A stretch of DNA of 20,000 nt. Source: Folioceros fuciformis. Lineage: Eukaryota. Under the pieces are notes generated by a model that was not told the origin of the DNA, did no database searches, and saw only the letters and a program-made list of their open reading frames with translations. The stretch spans positions 68,687 to 88,686 of the forward strand of contig JBNGIO010006281.1 in the NCBI GenBank assembly GCA_049999805.1. Direction: 5' to 3'. Numbering within the stretch: the first letter of the stretch is position 1; the number at the start of each line of letters is the position of its first letter. The translations under genes were made by a program, and so were the position numbers. Shown piece by piece: positions 1-9,533 of the stretch.

Positions 1-1373
1 AGTGAGCTGCATTTCAAGGTGTCCTGTGATGCTCCCTTGTTTGTTTCTCAAGATACTGCAGGAAGTTCGCCAAAAGGGGAGAGCAAAGTGGCCCAAAACG
101 GCTCCTCCTTCCCTGAGACGTGGCAACCTGGAACACAGCAGCCTGGCTCTCCAGAGCAGCAGGTATTTCACCAACAGCTCGTTCTTGTTGCGGCAGACAA
201 TAGATTTTCTCACAAGGTCTTAAATCTATTTGGTTTCTATGTTCTCTTGTCACACACAATTGATCTTTGACATCGGCTGTCAGCAGAATAGGTAAGAGTC
301 CAGCCCCAAGATAATTGCTGGCTTAGATCGAGCAGCAGGTTGTGGTCAGAGGGAAGCACGTTGAAAACTTTCTTATTGACGGTTCACGTCAGGGTGTAAT
401 ATATCACTGAGAAGGAGAGCCGGATACTTTCGTTGTAGCAAAACAACTGCTCATTTGTATCGCATCAGTCGAGCTAGCTTCGACAGTCGGGATGTCCTCG
501 TCCCTTCGCAGTTTTTCCCGAAGCACTGGGGGCTTCCTTTTTCTAGTAGACCAACAAGATGAATGGCTTGCAAATCTAGATATTGTTTCAACAACCCAGG
601 TGCTTAACAGCTGGAAAATGTCCTGAGCCCCTGGACACTGAACTGCCCTACGGACTGTCACTCGCGTATTTCCCAGGACGGCAGGCACGGAAGGATGTGC
701 AGGCTGGTGCGGGCATAGCAACCGTGACTAGCCGCTTTTCCGTGTCCTGGACTTCACAAAAAGGTTTGCGTGGATCATCCTGAAGACTGCGCACCCATAT
801 GGTTGGCTCTGTTAACGTGCATCGAGAGAAAGCATTTTGTTGTGAAGATGCAATTGGCCGTTCTTAGGCGACCAGAGTCTTGGTTGCTGTGGCACTGGAG
901 GCTCTGGTTGTTGAACCTGCCCCTTCCAATAAGAACATACGTGTAGATTTCGCTCTAAGGACCGCCAGGATTGTATGTTTCTCAGTGCTGGCTTTTCTGC
1001 TTCGATGTCACCCTGTGTGCCCATCAAGCTGAGCCTGTTTTCGAATGAATGTGTGCGAATTTTAGGGGATGAGACTCGAGCAGAAACCATATCCGTTTAC
1101 GAGATTGCTAGTTCTGCTTAAGCAGAGTAGTTTGTGTGCATAACTCTCGTTTCATAGTGTGTTCTAACAGTTCCCAGATGGAGCACGAATAGCTTCCCAA
1201 GTGTCGCCCGTACGGAAGGCGAAGTGCTGACTGCAGCATGCGACTTCCCAGCGTTAACTGCATGCTTTTCCTTTCACATTCCCATGCAAACCACCTTTCC
1301 TTCATAAGCAATTCTTAAGACATGGATGAGCTACAGTACTGGCACTGCGCACTCTTCTCCCACCAAGCTTTGC

Positions 1374-1409
1374 TGACGCCTGGCAGGCAATTGGCTGACG
1401 ATCACGTGG
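1374..1409 (+). promoter_or_regulatory. Candidate bZIP sites upstream of the AKR: TGACG (1374-1378, 1396-1400) and G-box/ABRE-like CACGTGG (1403-1409)
   Basis: Exact motif matches 35-70 bp upstream of ATG 1445. These motifs are short, so function is unproven. Confidence 0.3.
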
Positions 1410-1444
1410 TCTCTCTTCGGCTGTATTCCAAGTAGCGAGTGGAC

Positions 1445-3028
1445 ATGGTTGCGGACGTTAGAACTCAAAAAATAATGTCCTTCCAGCTCAACAGTGGAGG
1501 TAACATTCCAGCAGTAGGCTTGGGAACATGGCAAGCTGAGCCAGGAAAGGTTGGGGAAGCTGTGAAAACTGCGATCGGTGTAAGTTTTCTCGTCTCTCCT
1601 AAATATTTTGGTGTGCACTTAAAGGGTCAAGCCTCATGTCTACATTGGCCTGTGGACAGTTTATCGCTAGCTTGAAACTGATCTGGATTGGTTGAGCCGT
1701 GCAGGCCGGCTATCGTCATATTGATTGCGCTGCAGCTTACAATAATCAGAAAGAGGTAACTTGCGTGATCGCAAAAACTCTATGTCGCCCTCTAGAGAAG
1801 GCAGCTACGATGAACACGATTTCCGTCCGCACTGGATCCTACAGGTCGGAGAGGCGCTTCACTATGTGTTGAAGAACGGCATCGTCAAGCGGGAGGATCT
1901 CTTCATCACTACGAAGCTCTGGTACTGAGCATAAGTTCGGTACTGTTTCAGTGGATTGCGACCCTCGCTTCAAGGTCATTTTGTGTCGTTTGATCTAAAT
2001 TTGGATTGTTTTCCTGCAGGAATACGGAGCATGAGCCAGAGGAGGTTCCCGTGGCATTGGACCGGTGTCTGAGAGATCTTCAATTGGATTATGTGGACCT
2101 CTACCTCGTAAGTGGACTGAGTAAGGCTGCAGCTGACGTCTTGTGGGCCGAAATTTACAAGATCGGGTGTCGCGATCTGTATTCCAGATGCACTGGCCTG
2201 TGCAACTCAAAAAGGGAGCTCCAAATCCACCGCGCGCGCAGGACTTCGCGCCCCTGGACATCAAGGCCACCTGGCAAGCCATGGAGAGGCTAGTTCCCCC
2301 TGGAAAAGTCAAAGCGATTGGAGTGAGCAACTTTTCTGTTACAAAGCTGAAGAACTTGCTATCGTATGCGCACATTGTTCCTGCAGTCAACCAGGTGGAG
2401 TGTCACCCCATGTGGCAACAGAGGAAGCTCAAGCTCGAGCTCGAAGATCACAATATACATCTCACGGTCTGGCTTCTCATGTTTTCTTTCCTTCTACGGG
2501 CCCGCCAGGAATCAGCCTGTTCACAAAAACGGGGCCAACTTCTCTGTTACATCTTGTGTAGACCTAGAATAAAAATGCATCTGCTCGACTTCTAATTGGT
2601 TGGAATGTTAATTGGACAGGGTTACTCTCCCTTAGGATCCAGTGGCAGCCTTTTCGTCGGATTACACTTGCTGGAGCAGCCAGTCATCAAGGCGCTAGCT
2701 GAGAAGTATCACAAGTCACCAGGCCAAGTTGCTCTCCGTTGGGGCGTGCAGCAAGGACATAGTGTGATCCCTAAGAGCACACAGGAGGCGAGACTGAAAT
2801 CGAACGTGAACATATTTGATTTCAGCCTGTCGGATGAAGATCTGGAGAAGATCTCTGGTATGACGCAGGTAAAGAGCATTCCCTCCGTCAACCCATGCCC
2901 TATGTGAAAACTTCATCCAGTCTAACTCTTGTCCGTGGCAGATTCGCTTCTTGAGAGGCGAAGAATGGACTAATCAGACGACAAGCCCGTTTAAGGGTGC
3001 CCTAGAGCTGTGGGATGGAGAGGTTTGA
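1445..3028 (+). CDS. Aldo-keto reductase (plant AKR4C-like, NADPH-dependent), 7 exons, 321 aa
   Basis: Exons 1445-1579, 1705-1755, 1845-1921, 2020-2107, 2188-2466, 2620-2868 and 2942-3028, all with GT..AG introns and in frame (966 nt). Motifs: [67 protein letters not shown] and C-terminal LWDGEV*. The Asp-Tyr-Lys-His catalytic tetrad is intact. Confidence 0.95.
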
Positions 3029-3514
3029 GTGCTTTTAGTTTGACATCACAAACGATGGGGATGAACGTTGCGTTGGTTTAGCTTCCAGCGACTGAGACAA
3101 ACGGTGTTGATTAAACCTGTATAATGTGTAATACAAGCTCTCTTGCTTTTTTCAATTCCCCTTGTGTAAGGTACTGAGGTATCTAGAATAAAGGCCGAAA
3201 CCAAATATGGGTAGTCTTTTGAATCCTTGTGCCCAGTCTTTTTAGGCGGATTCTCATGGATGAATGCTAATGCTAGAAACCTTAATGTTTTCAAAATTAC
3301 AATTTATTTTTGAACACACTAAAAAATAATATTATTTATACAATTAGTTTTATGTATAATTTTAGAAATATTTAAAAATATTTAATTGACTCAGTTCTAC
3401 ATTTAGAAATATTTCATTGATTTTCAGTCCCTAACCCTTATTTGAATGTCAACTTGATCTTAGTAGTTAGCTCAACTCTAACATCCTCTTCGTAGTCTTA
3501 GTTAGCTCATCAAG

Positions 3515-4704
3515 AGTATTGCCCTCTACCTTACACAACGTAAAAAAAAGATGACCTTAATCTTGCTTATTCACTTCACGATGCTCCATACACAAATTAC
3601 TCAACCCTCTTCCTTATTCAACGTTGATCTTGTCTATTCACTCCACAGCACTCTATTTACAAATTACTTAACCCTCTTCGTAAGTTACTTAACCCTCTTC
3701 CTTACGAAGCGATGGTCATGGATCTAGGCTATTCACTCTGCAAAGCTCTAATTAAAAATTACTCAATTTTCTTACTATTTATTTTACAGCGCTTCACTTA
3801 TAAATTATTCATCTTTCTTATTATTCATTTTATAGTGCTCCATTTATAAATTACTCAACTTTCTTACTATTCACTTCATAATGCTTTATTTACGAATTAC
3901 TCAATTTTTTTACTATATATTACATAGCACTCCACTTACAAATTATTCAACTGTCTTATTATTCACTCTACAACACTCTATTTATAAATCACTTAAGTTT
4001 TTTATTATTCGCTCTACAGTATTTTATTTATAAATTATTTATTTTTTATTACTTATAAATTATTCAATTGTTTTACTATTCACTTATAAATTATTCAATT
4101 GTTTTACTATTCATTTTGAAGCGCAGCACTTACAAATTACTCAACTTTCTTAGTATTGACTCCTTAGTGCTCCACTTACAAATTACTCAACATGCTTTCT
4201 TACTACTCAACAATAGGCTCCAAGTAGCTTGCCATTCATTGACTACTCGAACCACACTCTCCAAGTCGTGTTTTTTATCTAAGATACTACTCTTTGTTTA
4301 ATTACAAAAGAGTATGGCGATCTATTCCCGCTGGCTACTGGCCTAAACTCTATTTGACAAGCCTGCTCTTCAAACCCTCTAATAAGCTTGCTCTTCTAGC
4401 CCTCCACATCTATTTCTCCACACTAGGCTTCCTTTTGTGTACATACATGTCTTAAGGCATTAACTGTAGCCAATTTATACATCATAACTAAGGCACTACC
4501 AAAGTTAGGAATCATATATACCACTCATCTGAGAATACTAGTAGTCGTTACAACTCCATCCTTCTTAAGTGCTTTTGCCTGGAACACACTTCTTGTTTCC
4601 TAAGGCAGCAAGAAGCATACTTTCTTCTTCATCAAAGCAACTCTAGATTTAGCTTTCATCGTTTCTACTTTTAATTTTCACCTTATTTCACATATACCAT
4701 TACT
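3515..4704 (-). repeat. 3' LTR (left copy), expanded by an internal tandem array
   Basis: Aligns by eye with 6733-7341, e.g. ACTCTATTTGACAAGC, CACTCATCT.AGAATA, TTACAACTCCATC, AAGAAGCATACTT.CTTCTTCATCAAA and TACTTTTAATTTT. The left boundary is approximate, since LTR-like words also occur at 3445-3500. Confidence 0.8.
3568..4200. repeat. 46-bp degenerate tandem array (about 13-14 units) inside the left LTR
   Basis: Consensus is roughly TATTCACTCCACAGCACTCCATTTACAAATTACTCAACTTTCTTAC. Unit starts at 3730, 3776, 3822, 3868, 3914, 3960 and 4006 (exact 46-bp period), with further copies at 3568, 3635, 4108 and 4154 and two ~31-bp truncated units at 4047-4107. Confidence 0.9.
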
Positions 4705-4716
4705 CTCTCCCTCCCT
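4705..4716 (-). other. Polypurine tract (PPT) of the retrotransposon
   Basis: The - strand reads AGGGAGGGAGAG immediately before the 3' LTR and is preceded by TTGAGGACAA, a typical Ty3/gypsy pol-end word. Confidence 0.75.
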
Positions 4717-4719
4717 AAG

Positions 4720-5837
4720 AAATGTTATTGTCCTCAATAACCTTCAGTATAAGGTGAGATCTATGATCTTTGTTGCACATCTTGAAGCCAAATCCAAATA
4801 GGATATGCAAAATCAGGAAGCCTTACTAGATACCCTAGAACATTATTACGAACAAAAGGCACTAGTCTCTCTGCCATGAATTCAACAATCTCTTGTAGAC
4901 TATGGTTATATTGAACTAGGATGACATATTCTTTCTTGTTCATATCTTCATTCTCTTCCGAAATCACAAACAATTTCAACAAAGAGACATGAAACACATG
5001 AGAGAAAATCCAATTAGGCAATTACAGTTTGTAAGCCACATTCCCAATGCACTTTATAACTACGAAAGAACCTCCATACTTAGGTCTTACCTTAGGGAAC
5101 AATTCTTGAGGTGCTGGGAAGTGCTTCAACTTCACCCAAACCTTGTCACCCGCTTAAAATTCTACCTCTTTCTTGTACTATCAACAAACTTCTTTTGCTT
5201 ATCCTAAGCTATGACCAAAATCTTCCTAGTAATTTCATGTCAAGCCCTCAATTGCTCAATAAATTCACGTGGTTCTCATGCTACTGTTTCAAACAAGCTA
5301 GCATTGAACATGGAAATTGCATCCATTGCTTCGTTATTTGTTAATTTAAAATTTATATAGCCTGTGGAGCTATATACAATATTTTTACAACATAGTTCTA
5401 TATCTTTAAGATGAGTAATCTAATGCCTATGGTCCATTTGTACAAAGTGTCATAGGTATTCCTCTTGAATTCTATTTACCCTCTATGTAGATCCATCTGT
5501 ATCAAGGTGTTATGTTGTGCTTAAACATAATTACATTCAAATTGTCAAAATTGTCATTGTCCAATTTTTTTGTGAATCTAGATCTCTATTATTCACAATC
5601 TACATATGCAATCTATGTAACACGTAGATTTGCTTCTTCAACAACTAAGCAACTTCTAAAGCCTTCACTCGCTTCTTTGTGGGAATAAAGTGTGCTTGCT
5701 TGGTGAACCTAGCAACAACTATTATAATAACTATGTATCCATTACAAGTTGGAAATGGCATAACAAAACCCTTTGAGATAATACTCTTACAAGGCCAACT
5801 TGGAATAGGCAGGGGTTGTAACAAACGCCATGCATTT
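4720..5837 (-). pseudogene. Decayed integrase core, C-terminal region and probable chromodomain remnant
   Basis: Minus-strand fragments: LLQPLPIPSWP, IIVVARFTKQAHFIPT, HLDTDGST*RVNR, SHVFHVSLLK and EIV...YLVR. Many stops and frameshifts. Confidence 0.85.
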
Positions 5838-6109
5838 TGTAGGGTTATTAAAGCCCAATGTGCTTAGACTAATGTGTTTAGTCTAAGATTAGTGTCTAGT
5901 TAAGTACCATTAGTTTAGAGTAGCTTAAGCTAATTTGTAGGATGCTTCTTGCGTAGGTTCCTGTGCGCTTCTTGTGAAGCTTCCTAGGGAGCTCTTCTAG
6001 AGGGTATATAAATAACCCCTTGAGCTCCCCTGTTATTGAGAGACACTGAGAGTGTGACCTCTCTTTCTCCTCTCCTCCTTCACCATGTAGCTCCTCTAGC
6101 AATCCTACA
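5838..6109 (+). mobile_element. Nested 272-bp solo LTR (unrelated to the host LTRs)
   Basis: Termini TGTAGG...CCTACA. Perfect 5-bp TSD CATTT (5833-5837 and 6110-6114). TATATAAATA at 6005-6014 suggests + orientation. Removing it rejoins the integrase as ..DKVEQTN|AWRLLQPLPIP. Confidence 0.88.
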
Positions 6110-6470
6110 CATTTGTTTGCTCTACCTTATCCTGTTGACGGTCTACATAGGTTTTCACAAACTCTAAATTATGTTTGTACATTCCAGGCCAATAAAACAA
6201 AATCTTCAACTTCTCATAAGTTGTTTTAATTCCCTGATGGCCAGCACTTGGCACATCGTAATATTTTATAAGAAAAATTCTTCTCAACTCTTGAGAATCA
6301 AGAATCACAATCCTATTTTGCTTGAACTAATATTAACAAGCATTTCTAAGCTTAAACTTAGACCCTTGTTGCTCCACTTCATTAATCTAGTCTTGCACCA
6401 ATGGATCTCGTAGATAAGCCTTATTAATCTGCGTGTGAGTGTGCCTTAGCTCAATCACCATCCGTGTTGC
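6110..6470 (-). pseudogene. Integrase zinc-binding (H2C2-like) region remnant
   Basis: ORF 6105-6308: ELRRIFLIKYYDVPSAGHQGIKTTYEKLKILFYWPGMYKHNLEFVKTYVDRQQDK resembles the gypsy HD..AGH.G..KT...L...FYWPGM..D...FV..C..CQ motif, with most zinc ligands mutated. Confidence 0.88.
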
Positions 6471-6483
6471 AGCTAGCTTAGGA

Positions 6484-6670
6484 TTCTAGAAAGATATAGA
6501 AGTGTATATTGATGTGTCAAGTACAGCAATTGGAGGAGTGCTTATGCAAGAAGATAGACCAATCGCTTACAAGTCAAGAACGCTGCATGAACATGAAAGG
6601 AAGTACCCCACTTATGAAAAAGGAGATGACAGCCGTCATCAATTGCCTCAAGATTTGGAGACATTCTCTT
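6484..6670 (+). pseudogene. Ty3/gypsy RNase H (RT-RNaseH) fragment, inverted relative to the rest of the element
   Basis: EVYIDVSSTAIGGVLMQEDRPIAYKSRTLHEHERKYPTYEK, then after a frameshift in the A-run at ~6617-6621, EMTAVINCLKIWRHSL. This matches the canonical DAS..GIGAVLMQ..RPIAY.SR.L...E.NY...EKE..A....K.WRHYL motif. Confidence 0.9.
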
Positions 6671-6716
6671 CATATTTTTCATCTTAGCACTTAGTCATCT
6701 TGGTGGAATAGACCTT

Positions 6717-6728
6717 GCTCTCATACCA
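6717..6728 (-). other. Primer-binding site (tRNA-iMet type)
   Basis: The - strand reads TGGTATGAGAGC, one mismatch from the canonical TGGTATCAGAGC, 4 nt downstream of the LTR end GGGGTGTTACA. Confidence 0.8.
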
Positions 6729-6732
6729 ACTA

Positions 6733-7341
6733 TGTAACACCCCCTTACTTAGCCAACTTAATAAGGAGCAACGGCCTTGGATGTTGTCTATTCACTTCCT
6801 AGCGCTCCATGTACAAATCACTCAACTCTCTCATGACTTAGTACTAGGCTCCAAGTAATCCGCTGTCCACTAACAACTTGCAAACCACCTCCTCCAAGTG
6901 TTGCTCTTTATTCAAGATACTTGCAAAAGTAAGTCCTAATGGCTACTAGCCTTGACTCTATTTGACAAGCTTGCTCTTCAAGTTGTCCATAACTATATCT
7001 CTTCACACTACGCATCCCTCTATCTAGAAAGATATCTCAAGGCCTTAGCCCTAGCCTTTTCATACTCCACAGCTCAGTTACTACTAAAGCTGAGCATCGT
7101 ATAGATCACTCATCTCAGAATATTAGTGGTTATTACAACTCCATCTTTCTTAGGAGCTTTTGCTCGGATCATATATTAGTGGTTATTACAACTCCATCTT
7201 TCTTAGTAGCTTTTGCTCGGATCATATATCTTGTTGTCAAAGGCCGTAAGAAGCATACTTGCTTCTTCATCAAAACAGTTCTAGATTTAACTTTATTAAT
7301 TTTACTTTTAATTTTTACTTTATTTCACTTATTCAATTGCT
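6733..7341 (-). repeat. 5' LTR (right copy)
   Basis: Begins TGTAACACCCC on the + strand next to the PBS. Homologous to 3515-4704 but carries only one copy of the 46-bp unit (~6789-6832). Confidence 0.82.
7120..7225. repeat. 53-bp tandem duplication within the right LTR
   Basis: 7120-7172 and 7173-7225 (ATATTAGTGGTTATTACAACTCCATCTTTCTTAG[G/T]AGCTTTTGCTCGGATCAT) differ at one base. Confidence 0.95.
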
Positions 7342-7587
7342 TCAACTGTTAGTGTGGACAAGCATGGTCAGTCCATCTTGGTTAATTAATGTGAAAAAGA
7401 AGTTTACAAATCCAATAGTAAAATGGTTTATGAATTGTGAAGGTCCACTCCGGTTATCGGTCGATGGCTGGAAACGTTTGTGTATGTGGTGTAGCAGGGG
7501 TGGGGATGGGGGTGGTCGATTAACTTTTCGCGTTGTGCTGGATGGAAGCGATGGTCTGTAGTGATAGTGGGCAAGCTTGGTGTCAGC

Positions 7588-8841
7588 ATGAAGGACGAGG
7601 ATTCCGAGTGGAGGGGGCGGTCACCGAGGACTGAAGACCGGGAGGAGGAAGAGGAGGCGACCATTTTGCCTAATCGTCCTGGATTTGGACTCGCAGTGCT
7701 CGTCTTGGCAGCGTTCGCGGTAAGTATTTGTGTTGTTGGACTTGGTTTGCACAGTCCTCTTAGGTTGAGGTTTGGGAAATTCTCATTAATATGTAAGCGG
7801 ATCGGACTTTGGACAGCTAGGAGCTCTGCGCCGGAGGCTTGCAAGGCTTAACCAAAGCGTTTATCGGCAGGTAGGTGATGGTGCGTCCCCCTCCTTTATG
7901 GCTGCACGGTAAGAGGGAGGTCAGGCAAGCAGGCAAGCAATGTTGGGAAAGATGTTTATCTTCTGATACCATTGTGTAGAGCTACGGTTCCCCCGCACGT
8001 GGCGCTTCCAGGACTGTCGTATGGTGGGTCTGGAGAGATGGCCAGGGGTTTTCCTCCGGGCCTTACACTGATCCATGGAGGTTTCGACGGACACACCAGT
8101 TTTGGGACGAGTATTTCGAGGAGGAACTTAGAAAGGTGGGCTTCCGGCTTGTTCCAAAAGTGGCCAAAAGATGTGTGAAATACCTCTCCTTGGCAACTGA
8201 AACGACATGGTTGCGTTTGTGTGAATAGGAACGCATGAGGCGAATGCAAGAGGTGTTTCACAGGGAAAAGACTCGGTACACCAGAGATTTTGGATGGCAC
8301 GAGCAACCAGGGGACTGGTACTCATCACGACATTGGGACTCCGGTGATGCCCAGAGCACCACAGCGGGAGGTCAAAGACAACGAGCTTTTAGGCAAGCGG
8401 AAGCGCAAAAACATTATCAAGTTTTAGGTCTTGATCCGTATGTACTTTCATGCCTCCAGTTTTGTTTGATGGACTGTTTCCGTTTTCTCTGCCCTCTGGT
8501 GCTCATCAAGAGGTATGGATTTGGTCTCAGGAACTTGCAGTACTCCGAAGCAGAGCTCAAGGTACGGCGCGGTATGTAGGGTAAATTTGCCGCTTCGATT
8601 TCATGCATTCCTCGTAACGTGTGCTTCGTCAAGTTTCCAGGCTGCTTTCAGAGCAAAAGCAAAACAACATCATCCTGACCGAAACCCCAATCGGAAAGGT
8701 AACTTCGCAGTTGTGTCCTAACTCTTACCCTAGGAAGGTACTGACTTATGATTGTCCTCACTCGCAGCGGAGGCAGAGGAGAAATTCAAGGCTGTTGTAG
8801 AATCGTACGAGACCCTTCGTGAGCGGATGAAAAGGAAGTAG
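7588..8841 (+). CDS. Class C (type III) J-domain co-chaperone with an N-terminal hydrophobic segment and a C-terminal J-domain, 7 exons, ~237 aa
   Basis: Exons 7588-7719, 7817-7870, 7980-8135, 8229-8437, 8531-8561, 8641-8698 and 8768-8841 (714 nt, in frame, GT-AG). J-domain: HYQVLGLDP..YSEAELKAAFRAKAKQHHPDRNP..AEEKFKAVVESYETL, with HPD intact. The upstream EEELRKERMRRMQEVFHRE resembles, from memory, Arabidopsis At2g18465-type proteins. Confidence 0.88.
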
Positions 8842-9533
8842 TATTGTTTCATATGTTCTGAAACATACTGTCCATTTGAAGAGAGTGTACAATATTTTAA
8901 TCAATTGACTAGTGGACGGTGCTCTCCAAAAATGTCACATGCTATGCTCATGAGCATTTGCACATTTCAAACAACATCGTAAGCAAATCCATACATGCTT
9001 AGATTGTCAAGCAGTTGCAGACTCAGTATCAGAGATCGAATGCATAAAGAATATCATACACCATACCCCCCCTAAACTATCCTAGAGGCCACATTCAAAC
9101 CTGCACACATTTATTTCCCAATTAAAACAACCGTAGTTTGCTTGCAGTCGCCATCCAAAGACCTACATTTAACTCGAGAAACCAACCTGAAGATTCCTTG
9201 AGGGGTCAATCTTACTCCAAATCAGATGACCATACCTTCGGAGAGGAGCAGTGTCAACAGTGTTAATCAGGGCTTCTGTTGGCAACAAGTGTTTAAAGCG
9301 AGGTTGTATTACACAAAATTGCCAACACAAGAGAGAAACCCTGCAGAGGCTCAGAGAAATGCCACCAGTTTAATTGGCTACTAGAGAGTAGCTGCAGAAC
9401 ATGAATTTTCACAGGATGTTCCTCCGCGAGCAATAGCCCATATCTTTTCGAGTCTGTGCCGTGCCGTCCCTTGTGCATTGCAAACATTCTGTGATTGTAA
9501 AAAAGCTATCCTTGAACAATTAACCCCCCGACT

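Larger units (their letters stand above)
3515..7341 (-). mobile_element. Degenerate, internally deleted Ty3/gypsy (chromovirus-type) LTR retrotransposon
   Basis: Two diverged direct repeats (3515-4704 and 6733-7341). Near-TSD TCAAG (3510-3514) / TCAAC (7342-7346). tRNA-iMet-like PBS next to the right LTR and a PPT next to the left LTR. Decayed integrase (zinc-binding, core and C-terminal HVFHVSLLK parts) on the - strand and an RNase H fragment. No gag, protease or RT is visible. Confidence 0.88.

Noticed and set aside
1995..2916. Minus-strand ORFs over the AKR gene
   Set aside because: Antisense shadows of well-supported AKR exons with no recognisable motifs.
3290..3420. Very AT-rich stretch with repeated ATTTAGAAATATTT as a possible MITE
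   Set aside because: No convincing terminal inverted repeats or TSD found.
3568..4200. Periodic array resembling a CRISPR locus
   Set aside because: The whole 46-bp unit repeats with no unique spacers, there are no cas genes, the context is eukaryotic and the unit derives from the LTR.
4068..5344. + strand ORFs 4068-4301, 4989-5207 and 5111-5344
   Set aside because: Chance ORFs in LTR or satellite sequence and antisense to the decayed integrase.
5936..6109. TGTAGGAT...ATCCTACA 8-bp inverted repeat as a separate MITE
   Set aside because: The flanks TAATT and CATTT do not match. The 5838 boundary gives a perfect TSD and restores the integrase frame.
7428..8632. Minus-strand ORFs 7428-7844, 7956-8306 and 8417-8632
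   Set aside because: Antisense to the J-protein exons and introns, with no domain features.
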